The notes beneath the pieces are model-generated. The model worked only from the letters and a program-made list of their open reading frames with translations, searched no databases and had not been told where the DNA came from. Below, piece by piece: positions 1 through 9,528 of a stretch of DNA of 64,000 nucleotides (position 1 is its first letter; each line of letters starts with the position of its first letter). The DNA is taken from the IMG/VR virus record IMGVR_UViG_3300045918_000131, positions 30,249 through 94,248 of that record. One strand, given 5' to 3'. Origin of the DNA: a virus. Both the position numbers and the translations under genes were made by a program.

Positions 1-1
1 T

Positions 2-355
2 GCCGATCCAAGTAGGACTGTTACTGCTGATATAGTACCTCAAGCACTAATAGATACCGGAGCAATTAATCCAGAATCTGGTCTCGACGAAATGGATAAT
101 TTAGATACACTTGAAGATCCAATACAAAATCTAAATGTTACTTATGTGTCTACTCCAACAATGGCAGAACCCGTAGTAACACCTGTAGTAACACCGCCTA
201 TTGCGTCAACTCCAGTAGATACTATAGCTCAACAACCCAAGAAACACGAACGTCTAGCACGAGGTGCTTTAGCAGGTGCTGTGGCTAAGAGTACAACCGT
301 AACACAAAAAGCAGTATTACCGCCCAATAAAGCTGGCGGAATTAAACGATTCTAA
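2..355 (+). CDS. Hypothetical phage protein, 5'-truncated by the window edge
   Basis: Frame is open from nt 2 to TAA at 353-355; Pro/Thr/Val-rich; directly upstream of GroES. Confidence 0.6.
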   Translation, partial: ADPSRTVTADIVPQALIDTGAINPESGLDEMDNLDTLEDPIQNLNVTYVSTPTMAEPVVTPVVTPPIASTPVDTIAQQPKKHERLARGALAGAVAKSTTVTQKAVLPPNKAGGIKRF

Positions 356-369
356 AAGGAGTAATAAAA

Positions 370-759
370 GTGGAGAGTTTTATACAACCAGTACTACTGA
401 AAAAACTAACACCTATCAGAGATAAAGTTATTGTATCTGAAATGAGGTTCAAAGAACGTTATACCAAGAGTGGTATTTTTATTCCTTCAGACGACATGCA
501 GATTCACGGCGTACACCCTAGGTGGGGTAAGGTTTATGCAGTTGGCCCCGAACAAACCGACGTTAAAGTTGGACAGTGGGTATTAGTATCTCATGGAAGA
601 TGGACAAGAGGTGTTGAAGTTACAGATGCCAACGGAGAGCATACAATACGTATGGTTGATAATAACGATATTCTTCTAGTATCAGACGAAGAAATGGTTG
701 ACGAAAATATGGGTATTCCGTTGACACAGGAACAACAAAATGGGGCACCTAGATATTAA
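370..759 (+). CDS. groES: Phage co-chaperonin GroES (Cpn10)
   Basis: LTPIRDKVIV, TKSGIFIP, GKVYAVGP and DVKVGQWV motifs; RBS AAGGAG. Confidence 0.9.
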   Translation: MESFIQPVLLKKLTPIRDKVIVSEMRFKERYTKSGIFIPSDDMQIHGVHPRWGKVYAVGPEQTDVKVGQWVLVSHGRWTRGVEVTDANGEHTIRMVDNNDILLVSDEEMVDENMGIPLTQEQQNGAPRY

Positions 760-826
760 CCAAAATAATTGATATAGAGGTCTATAGACAACTATAATTA
801 ACTATAATTATTAAGAAAGGTAACAA

Positions 827-1753
827 ATGGCACTACATAATATATGGACAGAGAAGTATCGTCCAAGCACGTTAGATGGTTATGTATTTAAAGATGCGGC
901 TCAAAAACAACAAATTGAATCGTGGATAAAAGATCAGGAGATCCCAAATCTCCTGTTCTCCGGTCAGGCCGGGATTGGTAAGACAACACTTGCTAAAATT
1001 CTCATTAAAGCATTAAACATTGACGAATATGATATTAAAGAGATTAATGCCTCTCGAGAAAATAGTGTTGATCATATGCGCGATGTAATTATTGGGTTTG
1101 TAGGTACAATGCCGTTTGGTAAATTTAAAGTAATATTACTTGATGAATCTGATTACCTAAGTCCAAATGCACAGGCAATATTGCGCGGAGTTATGGAAAC
1201 ATATCACGAGACAGCACGTTTTATTCTAACCTGTAATTATCCTAATAAGATTATACCAGCATTACATAGTAGATGTCAAGGATTTCACTTTGAAAAAATA
1301 GATCATACAGAATTCACAGCACGCATTGCAACCGTATTAGTTACTGAAAATATCGAATTTGATATAGATACGTTAGATGATTTTGTACGAACAACATATC
1401 CAGATCTTCGTAAATGTTTAAATACTTGTCAGATGCATAGTTCAAGTGGCAAACTTATTGCTGTAACAAGTTCGGATGGATCGACGGATTATAAATTAGC
1501 AATGGTCGATTTGTTTAAAAAGGGCAAGATACGAGAAGCACGTCAACTTATTTGTGCTCAAGCAAGACCAGATGAGATGGAAGATTTATTTAGGTTTTGT
1601 TATGATAACCTAGATTTATGGAGTAAAACACCCGAAGGACAAGACGAAGCAATACTAATTATTAGGCAAGGGTTAGTGAATCATGCGCTATGCGCTGATT
1701 CAGAAGTGAATCTTAGTGCCACTATTACAGAATTAGCCGCAATTACTATTTAA
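827..1753 (+). CDS. Sliding-clamp loader large subunit (T4 gp44/RFC-like AAA+)
   Basis: WTEKYRP, Walker A GQAGIGKTT, Walker B ILLDESD, SRC motif, PDLRK. Confidence 0.93.
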   Translation: MALHNIWTEKYRPSTLDGYVFKDAAQKQQIESWIKDQEIPNLLFSGQAGIGKTTLAKILIKALNIDEYDIKEINASRENSVDHMRDVIIGFVGTMPFGKFKVILLDESDYLSPNAQAILRGVMETYHETARFILTCNYPNKIIPALHSRCQGFHFEKIDHTEFTARIATVLVTENIEFDIDTLDDFVRTTYPDLRKCLNTCQMHSSSGKLIAVTSSDGSTDYKLAMVDLFKKGKIREARQLICAQARPDEMEDLFRFCYDNLDLWSKTPEGQDEAILIIRQGLVNHALCADSEVNLSATITELAAITI

Positions 1754-1769
1754 TTAAAGGAGTAACACA

Positions 1770-2186
1770 ATGTCAAAAGATGTATATATTACCGCAAAAT
1801 ATTATGCTAAACCACGTAACCCTAGACAAACATATAAGGTGGGTTATATGAAAGATGATGCAAATATCCAACATGACGAAACCATAGATGTTACACTTGG
1901 GTTAAAGAATAAGGATTTGGAGTCTGCACGTATTATCCTCAATGTATCAAAACAAGTTATTACTAAAAATAGCTTTGGTGGAGATAAAACATTCCATGAT
2001 TTGTTTTCTTACTTTTACCTAAATAATCGAGAAGAAATCGGAGACGCATTGGCAAGAGCTGGTATTACTATTACACAGCCTGAAATGCCCGTAGTAGAGG
2101 TTGATTCTAATATTATTGACGCAGAAGTAGTTTCTGTTACTGAAACTAATCCAGAAGTATCTATTACAGCAGATCCCGTTGTATAA
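1770..2186 (+). CDS. Hypothetical phage protein
   Basis: 138-aa ORF with AAGGAG RBS, in operon. Confidence 0.7.
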   Translation: MSKDVYITAKYYAKPRNPRQTYKVGYMKDDANIQHDETIDVTLGLKNKDLESARIILNVSKQVITKNSFGGDKTFHDLFSYFYLNNREEIGDALARAGITITQPEMPVVEVDSNIIDAEVVSVTETNPEVSITADPVV

Positions 2187-2210
2187 TACGTCAGAAGAGT
2201 AAATACATAT

Positions 2211-2462
2211 ATGACGAATATGTATAAAAAAATGTATGCTAAAAAACCGAAGAAGGTGCCAGATCCGCTGGCACCGCCTAGGCCTACCTTACTTGGTCAA
2301 GTTAAAGATTTAAGGTTAACTAAGGAAGAAAGTGCTGTAACAAAAAACATAGTGCAACAGCAACAACACGAGATTGATTATTTAAAAGAAAAGGTTGGAC
2401 GTTTAACGCAACGTTTAGAACAACTTACGATATTCGTAAAGAGTATGACGAAGCAACAATGA
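2211..2462 (+). CDS. Small coiled-coil protein
   Basis: 83-aa ORF preceded by a TAAATA motif; heptad pattern in the C-terminal half. Confidence 0.65.
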   Translation: MTNMYKKMYAKKPKKVPDPLAPPRPTLLGQVKDLRLTKEESAVTKNIVQQQQHEIDYLKEKVGRLTQRLEQLTIFVKSMTKQQ

Positions 2463-2478
2463 CAAGTCACACAGATTG

Positions 2479-2655
2479 TTAAAGTAACCACTGAAGTGTG
2501 ATAAATCCAGCGATACATGCAGACATAATATATATTTGATAGCTATGTATAGTTTGACCATATGCAATTCTACCTATATTGCCAAATAGGTGCGAAAAAC
2601 CAAAAACCATAAGAATATATTTTGCAATTAGCAATGTACTGTGAGTATCTAGCAT
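2479..2655 (-). CDS. Small membrane protein (58 aa, below track cutoff)
   Basis: Manual translation MLDTHSTLLIAKYILMVFGFSHLFG...SACIAGFITLQWLL; two hydrophobic stretches. Confidence 0.5.
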   Translation of the reverse strand: MLDTHSTLLIAKYILMVFGFSHLFGNIGRIAYGQTIHSYQIYIMSACIAGFITLQWLL

Positions 2656-2780
2656 ATCTAAGTTGTCTTTCTATTCTGATTGAAGTATGTTAAACCATAG
2701 TTACCAACTATTTTACCATCTAATTTAACTATTACCCACTTAACTTCAACAGGATAATTTCGTTTTATGATATCCATAAT

Positions 2781-2960
2781 CTATGGCCTAAATGACATTT
2801 GATGAGAAGCTAAGTGATTGGTGCCTGAATATTCTTCGTCGACGTAAACTGGCTTCCATTGACTGTATAGATTAGTCGACTTAGTATTCAGGTTAACAAA
2901 GTCACCTTTCTCAGTTAACCAGCCGATGTGTTTCATCGATTTCTTATCTTTGATTTCCAT
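2781..2960 (-). CDS. Small hypothetical protein (59 aa)
   Basis: Manual translation MEIKDKKSMKHIGWLTEKGDF...; follows the early-promoter gene. Confidence 0.45.
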   Translation of the reverse strand: MEIKDKKSMKHIGWLTEKGDFVNLNTKSTNLYSQWKPVYVDEEYSGTNHLASHQMSFRP

Positions 2961-2979
2961 TATTCGCCTAATATAATTT

Positions 2980-3168
2980 TTAATGACCGCGTGCAGTAAC
3001 TAACTTAGGAGCCGGTGAGGGTTTGCACATAGTAATCTTAACACCGTCGGAATTAACAAACGTGTTCTCTGTCTGTGTTGCAACTTTTGAGGTCACTTTG
3101 GGCAACCCGGTCTTAGTTGAAATTGTAACACCATTCTTTGTACGTTTCACACATTTCATTTGGGCCAT
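2980..3168 (-). CDS. Small basic early protein
   Basis: Start re-assigned to MAQMK after an AAGGAG RBS, downstream of the promoter cassette. Confidence 0.6.
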   Translation of the reverse strand: MAQMKCVKRTKNGVTISTKTGLPKVTSKVATQTENTFVNSDGVKITMCKPSPAPKLVTARGH

Positions 3169-3193
3169 TTTGTTACTCCTTTGTTGTGTTGCG

Positions 3194-3251
3194 TTATTTA
3201 ATAAAGCTATTATACAGTAATTAGCCAAAAGGTCAAGATCTTTATTCAAAG
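3194..3251 (-). promoter_or_regulatory. Repeated sigma70-type early promoter cassette (copy 1)
   Basis: TTGACC-16 nt-TATAAT-AGCTTTATTAAATAA on the minus strand; near-identical copies at 3822, 4486, 59461 and 60054. Confidence 0.85.
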
Positions 3252-3259
3252 AGTTATAG

Positions 3260-3622
3260 TTAGAATCCCATATTATTCAAGCGTTTAGCAAAAGACTTTG
3301 AATTTTTGGGTTTACGTGGTGTTCCAGTGCCTGTCTCGTCGTGAGTACAAAAACAATAAAGATATAGGATTGTTGGATTGGCTCCACTTATACGATAAAC
3401 AATGCGCAAATCGCTACGTATTTTGGCATGTCTGCACTTAGTATCTTTTAACGGGCCGTGAACATAACTACTATCGTGTCCTTTAGAATAAGCTCCTAAC
3501 GGGTTAGAAACCTTTTCTTTAACAAAATGTTCTAGTTCTTCTTTTGTTACTTGATATTTTGTAATACTATCAACAAGTGCATTACTTTTTTGTATTAGTA
3601 CATTAACCACGGTGAAATACAT
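3260..3622 (-). CDS. RelE/YafQ-like mRNA interferase
   Basis: C-terminal pattern L..CRHAKIRSDLRIVYRI...LYLYCFCTHDE resembles the YafQ/RelE fold. Confidence 0.55.
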   Translation of the reverse strand: MYFTVVNVLIQKSNALVDSITKYQVTKEELEHFVKEKVSNPLGAYSKGHDSSYVHGPLKDTKCRHAKIRSDLRIVYRISGANPTILYLYCFCTHDETGTGTPRKPKNSKSFAKRLNNMGF

Positions 3623-3809
3623 CTTCCAGACTTGCCATTAATTGTTCTGTTGTTAATGCTTCTCCAAACTGCATATTATTCAAATAGTTAGCGGCGACGG
3701 TAGCATCAGCAGTTGTTACACCGGTTTGTTGTGCAACGTGTTCGCATAAACCAATTACTGCATTGTTATTATCTTCAACAATTTTAATACCTTTTGTAAT
3801 TGCACTCAT
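3603..3809 (-). CDS. Small acidic protein upstream of the RelE-like gene (possible antitoxin)
   Basis: 68 aa, GGGAG RBS, overlaps the downstream toxin-like gene, driven by the promoter at 3822-3893. Confidence 0.45.
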   Translation of the reverse strand: MSAITKGIKIVEDNNNAVIGLCEHVAQQTGVTTADATVAANYLNNMQFGEALTTEQLMASLEDVFHRG

Positions 3810-3821
3810 TTATAACTCCCG

Positions 3822-3893
3822 TTGCTTATTTAATAAAGCTATTATACAGTATTTAGCCAAAAGGTCAAGATCTTTATTCAAAGTGTTAATCTA
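3822..3893 (-). repeat. Left arm of a 72-bp perfect inverted repeat containing an early promoter
   Basis: Exact reverse complement of 4486-4557. Confidence 0.9.
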
Positions 3894-3957
3894 AATTAAA
3901 CAAGAAGTTACAATTTTAACCAAAATAGTAAATATATAATAATTAAGGAGTTATATT

Positions 3958-4488
3958 ATGTCTAAAAACATAGAAGAGATTATAAAAGCTGCTGAAATGG
4001 TCGAAGCAGTAGAGATTATAGAAAAAGGTACAGTACCTATAAAAACTATTAAGCAAGTTGCCGCTGTTATTGGTGCATGTGGTGTTATTATTGGCGCTAT
4101 ACTGACAGTGGATAATAGGTACGCTAAGCCTGCAGATATCGAACATGCCACACTAACATTACAAGAATCTATAGACGAGTTACATAAAGATTTACTTGAA
4201 AATGAACAATTACGTCTAGAACTTGGCAATGATGTAAAGTCAACTAAGATATTACTAGATAAAAATAAGCAAGAATTAATAGATGTAAAACAACGTTTGA
4301 TGGGGCAACGCTTAGAGTTATCGCACCGTACAATGTCAGTTGAAAGTGCGGCTATTAGGGAAGTACGATCAGAAACACCTCCAGAAATATCACCTATATT
4401 TGTGATGCCAGCGGCATCTCCTGTAGAGCCACACGAAGTACAATTAGTCCCTGAGAAAGAGACAGTAGAAACTACGGTTGGCAAATAG
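3958..4488 (+). CDS. Single-pass membrane protein with coiled coil
   Basis: AAGGAG RBS; hydrophobic AAVIGACGVIIGAILTV segment; heptads; TAAATA motif upstream. Confidence 0.7.
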   Translation: MSKNIEEIIKAAEMVEAVEIIEKGTVPIKTIKQVAAVIGACGVIIGAILTVDNRYAKPADIEHATLTLQESIDELHKDLLENEQLRLELGNDVKSTKILLDKNKQELIDVKQRLMGQRLELSHRTMSVESAAIREVRSETPPEISPIFVMPAASPVEPHEVQLVPEKETVETTVGK

Positions 4489-4557
4489 ATTAACACTTTG
4501 AATAAAGATCTTGACCTTTTGGCTAAATACTGTATAATAGCTTTATTAAATAAGCAA
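4486..4557 (+). repeat. Right arm of the 72-bp inverted repeat / early promoter
   Basis: TTGACC at 4511-4516, TATAAT at 4533-4538. Confidence 0.9.
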
Positions 4558-4567
4558 TGAGGTTACT

Positions 4568-4761
4568 ATGGTTAGAAGTCAATTAGAGCAAGAATACAAA
4601 GAGCTTCGCGAGTTCACAGATAATATGACTCTAGGACAACTTTACTCTAATGAAGGTCAAGAAAATTAGAGCGAGAATATGAAGTATTACAAATTCTAGC
4701 AACATTTGAGGGTATTGATACTTTTGAATACTGTTCGCGTTTCAACAAAGGAGAAATGTAA
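4568..4761 (+). pseudogene. Frameshifted small early gene
   Basis: MVRSQLEQEY... stops near 4670; an alternative frame continues KLEREYEVLQILATF...EM* up to the next gene. Confidence 0.4.
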
Positions 4762-4947
4762 ATGTGCTTATGTTATATAGTAGGTGGGCCTTGGGTTGCT
4801 GAAGACCCCGATTGTCCACAACATGGTATTCAAGCACAACGCCAAGAAAGTCGTAGAGATCAGTTACGTCATCGAATTACTCAAGCAACTACTGTTGAAG
4901 AGTTACGTGAACTGTTATTACACGTTCTTGACAGTTTGGAGAATTAG
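4762..4947 (+). CDS. Small Cys/His protein
   Basis: CLC...DPDCPQH motif; AAGGAG RBS. Confidence 0.6.
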   Translation: MCLCYIVGGPWVAEDPDCPQHGIQAQRQESRRDQLRHRITQATTVEELRELLLHVLDSLEN

Positions 4948-4948
4948 T

Positions 4949-5107
4949 ATGAATATCATAGGACGTATATTATTTGTATTGCTTACTTGGCCTGCAGTAG
5001 CGTTTATTGATGTTCCAAATATAGGATGGAGCCTATTTCTAATAGAGATGTTAGATTTCGTTAGATATGGCGACAAAGAGCTTCCGGAAGAATTTCTGGA
5101 TAAATAA
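4949..5107 (+). CDS. Small membrane protein
   Basis: MNIIGRILFVLLTWPAVAF...; start re-assigned from track ORF 4784. Confidence 0.5.
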   Translation: MNIIGRILFVLLTWPAVAFIDVPNIGWSLFLIEMLDFVRYGDKELPEEFLDK

Positions 5108-5129
5108 CTATATTAAATGGGTTAAAATT

Positions 5130-5516
5130 ATGCTAAAGGTATTAGTAATCGATGACGACAACGCAATATGCTTAATGGTTAGAACTGCATTTTCAGACGA
5201 AGATAACTATACTGTCATCGAAGCAAACACGGCTGCACAGGGTCTATTAGACATAATTAAATATGTACCAGATGTCATTATACTTGATGTTCATTTACAC
5301 GATTGTATTACAGGCATAGACATTCTTAATGCAATAGAGCAGAACAAGACACTAAATCACATACATATATTCACAGTTACCTCGTCCGAATATGAATTAG
5401 TGTCAAAATCTATTACTTTGGGTGCAGATGATTACTTTATCAAGCCATTTAATATCAAAGATCTAGTGTCTGCTGTAAAACGCAAATTTAATCCTAAGTT
5501 ATTAGATCGAGCATAA
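5130..5516 (+). CDS. Stand-alone response-regulator receiver (CheY-like)
   Basis: VLVIDDD, PDVIILD phosphoacceptor, TVTS and GADDYFIKPF; no output domain. Confidence 0.88.
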   Translation: MLKVLVIDDDNAICLMVRTAFSDEDNYTVIEANTAAQGLLDIIKYVPDVIILDVHLHDCITGIDILNAIEQNKTLNHIHIFTVTSSEYELVSKSITLGADDYFIKPFNIKDLVSAVKRKFNPKLLDRA

Positions 5517-5523
5517 ATACTCG

Positions 5524-6639
5524 ATGAACGAAAAAGAACTTCAACCACAATTTCTAATAGTATTAGGTGGTGCTGGTAGTGGTAAGAACCACTTCATAGA
5601 GCACACTTATCCTTACCAAGCATATAAGTTAATTGATGTAGATCAAATTAAAAAAGATGTAGCTTTATCTACGGCCATATCGTCAATTAAACCTATGTTG
5701 GAAAAAGCTTTTAAACAAGGTAAAAATATTGCTCATCCTACTACAGGATCAAATCTTAAAGGATTACAAAATAAGATTCTGCTAGCTAAACAATTTAACT
5801 ATACTATTACAGTAGTATTAATTGATACTGAGCCTCACAATGCTATAAACCAAGTTAGAAACCGTGTTAGATCTGGCGGCCATAATGTAGAAATAGCTAA
5901 TATTATATCTAGTAATAAAAAAGCTCAAGAGAACTTTAATTTAGTTAAAGATACTGTAGACTATACTAAGATTATTAAAAACACGATTAACGAAGCCGCT
6001 CCGGTTGAGGCTCCTAAAGGTCAAATAATTTATCAAATTAATACGCCATTGAACTTCACACACAACGAGTTACTAAGTATTTTAGAACTAATTAAATCAG
6101 AAACACAAGTTTCGTCGGCCGGATTAATGGACAGGATTCATCGTGCTAAGTTAATAGCTGTTGCTAGAGATGCTAATATGGCAGGTAAAATAGTTGCCGT
6201 ATCTATTATAAAGGTTCCAGACGCCAATTATAAAAGTAAACTGTTTAAGAATGCACAAGTGCCAGAATTAGATAAACAGTATCCCTTTGAAATGGGTTAT
6301 AAAGTAGTATTACCTGAATACAGGAATAACAACTTAGGTGCCATTTTATCGCAGAAATTACTACAATTAGTGTCTAAAAATGAGATATTTGCTACTATTC
6401 GTGAATCAAACACAATAGCACTAGTCTCAATATTTAAGCTAGGGTTTACTCCTATAGGTAAACCTTTTATGGGGGCAAGCGGAAATAGAATTTTGTTGTT
6501 AGTTGTTAAAAATTCAACAACTGCTAAGAAAACAACAGTCAACAACAGTACCCTTAATGAAGGTACTCTACTTTACGTGGATAATAAGTTACAAGAAAGG
6601 TACCTTACATCATTAAGAGATATGTTAGATGCTACTTAG
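5524..6639 (+). CDS. P-loop kinase (AAA_33/zeta-like) fused to a GNAT acetyltransferase
   Basis: GGAGSGKNH Walker A, RVRSGGHNV; C-terminal VLPEYRNNNLG...N..A....KLGF GNAT motifs. Confidence 0.7.
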   Translation: MNEKELQPQFLIVLGGAGSGKNHFIEHTYPYQAYKLIDVDQIKKDVALSTAISSIKPMLEKAFKQGKNIAHPTTGSNLKGLQNKILLAKQFNYTITVVLIDTEPHNAINQVRNRVRSGGHNVEIANIISSNKKAQENFNLVKDTVDYTKIIKNTINEAAPVEAPKGQIIYQINTPLNFTHNELLSILELIKSETQVSSAGLMDRIHRAKLIAVARDANMAGKIVAVSIIKVPDANYKSKLFKNAQVPELDKQYPFEMGYKVVLPEYRNNNLGAILSQKLLQLVSKNEIFATIRESNTIALVSIFKLGFTPIGKPFMGASGNRILLLVVKNSTTAKKTTVNNSTLNEGTLLYVDNKLQERYLTSLRDMLDAT

Positions 6640-6670
6640 TGAACTACCGCAACAGTAAGACTACTTAGTT

Positions 6671-7306
6671 TTAACTGTTAATAATAGTTAAGTAGTAGTT
6701 AATTGCTCGCTGTTTGAATTGTTTTACTATAATATGATCACTACCAAACGCGGCTACATACATTTTATATAGACTTGATTTTCTACAATAATTATATGTT
6801 AATTCTAACGGATTATATTTTAAATGTATCTCTGTAGCTAACGAATATGAATAAGCGTCAATCTCATCCAAACTACCCAAATATTCTTGGTCTAACTTCT
6901 TAGACTGATCTGTTGACATACTCACAAAAACACTATTACACACGTCAAATTTACGTTTTCTATATTGACGTTGATGTACTTTTTCGTGCTCAACACATTC
7001 TATTAATTCAACACATAATCTAGGCCAATCGATAACGGATATTGCAATTTTAATTTGGGATGGATTGAAATTAACATATATAGTTATTGATGAAAAATTT
7101 GATTGATCTTCTCCCGGGTCATAACATCCGCCGATAATAACTTGGTTATCATCTACGTGTATATCTCGATTTGTTTTGATCTTAATATCAGTTGTCCCAA
7201 CAAATCTTCGTAAGATTTTAGTAATTTCTACTGGTGTAAGTTCTCGCTCTTTAATTTTATTGCCATATGCAAGCATACGGTTATATAAATGCAATACTTC
7301 ACTCAT
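6671..7306 (-). CDS. Putative zincin metallopeptidase-like protein
   Basis: HEKVH (HExxH) followed by YL...EIDAY. Confidence 0.6.
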   Translation of the reverse strand: MSEVLHLYNRMLAYGNKIKERELTPVEITKILRRFVGTTDIKIKTNRDIHVDDNQVIIGGCYDPGEDQSNFSSITIYVNFNPSQIKIAISVIDWPRLCVELIECVEHEKVHQRQYRKRKFDVCNSVFVSMSTDQSKKLDQEYLGSLDEIDAYSYSLATEIHLKYNPLELTYNYCRKSSLYKMYVAAFGSDHIIVKQFKQRAINYYLTIINS

Positions 7307-7982
7307 ATATCGGACTTGTATGTTTCTTACGATAAAAGAGATGATTATCTATTTGAGTAACAAATTGCAAGCTTTTAGACCAATCAGGGTTTACATAGTC
7401 TGCATGATATGACACTGCACCTTCTGTTATGTCAATCATATCTTTTCTAGTAAGTAATTCTTTTGCAGCCAATAAACTTTGTGACCAGTAAAAACTAGAT
7501 TTATCTATAGCTTTATGTGGTAATACAGTCCATGAAAATTGAGCTACAGTAGTATGTATACTTTGACTACCTTCGTAAATTACTTTACATACCGTATCAG
7601 GAAAACCAGAAGCTTTAGTACGGTTTAACACTACTTGCCCTACAGCTATTTTACCTGCGTAACTTTGTGTTGCGGCTTCATAATAAATGTTTTCGGCCAT
7701 GCACTGCAGGTCATTTTTTAGTATATCTGGTTTAACTAATGGATCGGTTGGGAATACTATATTAATTGTCGCAGATCTAATATCTTGATATGTTGGCAGG
7801 AATGGCACTGTGAATACACGACTAAATGGTTGAAATGCGATATTTGCTATAATAAAACTACTCATCGCTAACCATATGAGCATAATCGTTGAAAACTTGC
7901 TTAGGAAAAGTTTACTTTCCGTCATTGGGTCTCTCCTTTTTGCGTTACAGAACTTTCGGTCTGTTATATATTTATTCTTCAA
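7299..7982 (-). CDS. Cell-wall hydrolase SleB (Hydrolase_2) with N-terminal TM helix
   Basis: CMAENIYYEA, AVGQVVLNR, QFSW, YHADYVNPDW, IDNHLFY; true start may be 7925. Confidence 0.9.
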   Translation of the reverse strand: MKNKYITDRKFCNAKRRDPMTESKLFLSKFSTIMLIWLAMSSFIIANIAFQPFSRVFTVPFLPTYQDIRSATINIVFPTDPLVKPDILKNDLQCMAENIYYEAATQSYAGKIAVGQVVLNRTKASGFPDTVCKVIYEGSQSIHTTVAQFSWTVLPHKAIDKSSFYWSQSLLAAKELLTRKDMIDITEGAVSYHADYVNPDWSKSLQFVTQIDNHLFYRKKHTSPIYE

Positions 7983-8042
7983 CCTCTAGTAGTAATAATA
8001 ACATACAATTATGCCTATTTCAAGGCTTTTTCTACATCAAAA

Positions 8043-9056
8043 CTAAGCTAATATTTGAGAAAAGTTACTTGCAGTTAATATAGATCCAGTAATACCTCCG
8101 TGAGAATAAGGTTCTCCGCCAGTTAAAGTCCACATTATTCTTGCCTCGCCTTTAGGGCCAGAACCATTATAAGAGATATGTACCCATGCTGAGTTATGTT
8201 TTTCAAATATACATTGAGAAAATCCTAAAGTAGATTGATTTTTTACTATCCATTTGAACATTTCTACTGTTTCTGCATATGATCCTAAAGATATATCAGC
8301 CGCACAACCTATTCCGTGATCTGTCATACCTAAACCACTCTCAACTGTCCTAAACCCGCTGTTAAAGCTAAATTTAAATTGATCATATATAGGATCTAAA
8401 ATATTCTGGCATAACGCTAGCCAATTACATGCTATTTGGCTAGCAGTTAATCCACGTTGATCTTTAATCATACCGCTCGATGCACTATTAGCTAATTTAA
8501 AATATTTACTAACAGGAGTAGACATATCGGACATTGTTATTATCTTAGGAAACTTATTACAATCTATATATGCGTGATTAATTTGATTAGGGGATTGAGG
8601 AGGTGCCGAATCAACACTCTCTGACTTAGATAACCCAGTATCAAAAGAGTCCTCATCTCTACGTGCTGCAGATTGACCGTTATCAGTATTATCATATACC
8701 CTTGCTCCACATATTAAAGTAACGCCTGGCTCAACTACCATCATCATTGAAAATGAGCCACTACCTGCCATTACATTTGGGCTTCCTGCAGCAGATATAT
8801 CTGCTCCTCCGCAACCTCCTACAATCGGGTCTCCAATCCTAAATGCTTTTAAACCGTTAATAATAACTGTAGGAGAACCATCGCCTGCATTACCGTCATG
8901 TGATGATCTTCCACATGTATGTGTTGGATAGTGATCTGTAGTACGCATGGCTGGGCTACCGTTAACTATAACGTTGCTTGATCCAGAATCTGATGGTCTT
9001 GGGCTAAAGCAGTGTCCGGAACTTGCATCTACGCCTTTTCTTGTTAAACCTGGCAT
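8043..9056 (-). CDS. PAAR (gp5.4-like) spike-tip protein fused to a peptidase M15-like domain
   Basis: N-terminal GSSNVIVNG.PA.R..D.Y..H.C...H repeats; C-terminal SGFR...H..GCAADI...WVHIS. Confidence 0.8.
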   Translation of the reverse strand: MPGLTRKGVDASSGHCFSPRPSDSGSSNVIVNGSPAMRTTDHYPTHTCGRSSHDGNAGDGSPTVIINGLKAFRIGDPIVGGCGGADISAAGSPNVMAGSGSFSMMMVVEPGVTLICGARVYDNTDNGQSAARRDEDSFDTGLSKSESVDSAPPQSPNQINHAYIDCNKFPKIITMSDMSTPVSKYFKLANSASSGMIKDQRGLTASQIACNWLALCQNILDPIYDQFKFSFNSGFRTVESGLGMTDHGIGCAADISLGSYAETVEMFKWIVKNQSTLGFSQCIFEKHNSAWVHISYNGSGPKGEARIMWTLTGGEPYSHGGITGSILTASNFSQILA

Positions 9057-9057
9057 A

Positions 9058-9528
9058 TTAGAATTTGCTCCGTGTTGATATTATGGATCGTAATGCGTTA
9101 TTTGCCGTAACGAAGTCGTTCCTAACTATTATTTCATACTGTGCCGATGAATGGTCTGACAGCGTAATGTTAACATAGACATTAATAAAAGCTTCCGTTG
9201 GTGCAATATATTGATGTAATGTTGCAAATCCTGTTGGTAACGCCGCAAATGATGTAACTACGTGCTCATTTAAATTATTATCTAAGTATGATATATTACG
9301 TTTAAATGCGGCTAGAAATTTACCACTTACTGTAAACGTTAATCCAGAAAACGATAAAGAAATTCCTGGATCTAATGGAGTAACATTTGCAGAAGTGATA
9401 ACAGGTATAATTACATTCCCTATGTCAGTTACTGATCCTGTATCGGAAATAGGAGGAACATAACTTACAACTAACGAAAATTGTGTTCCTTCATTTACTT
9501 GATAATTTGCAGGACTGAACGTTCCCAT
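9058..9528 (-). CDS. Probable virion/baseplate protein
   Basis: Beta-rich 156-aa ORF directly upstream of the PAAR gene. Confidence 0.5.
   Translation of the reverse strand: MGTFSPANYQVNEGTQFSLVVSYVPPISDTGSVTDIGNVIIPVITSANVTPLDPGISLSFSGLTFTVSGKFLAAFKRNISYLDNNLNEHVVTSFAALPTGFATLHQYIAPTEAFINVYVNITLSDHSSAQYEIIVRNDFVTANNALRSIISTRSKF

Noticed and set aside
790-812. AACTATAATT tandem duplication before the clamp loader
   Set aside because: Too short and AT-rich to interpret
3822-4557. Insertion sequence/MITE with terminal inverted repeats
   Set aside because: No transposase is present, and the arms are copies of a promoter found three more times in the window
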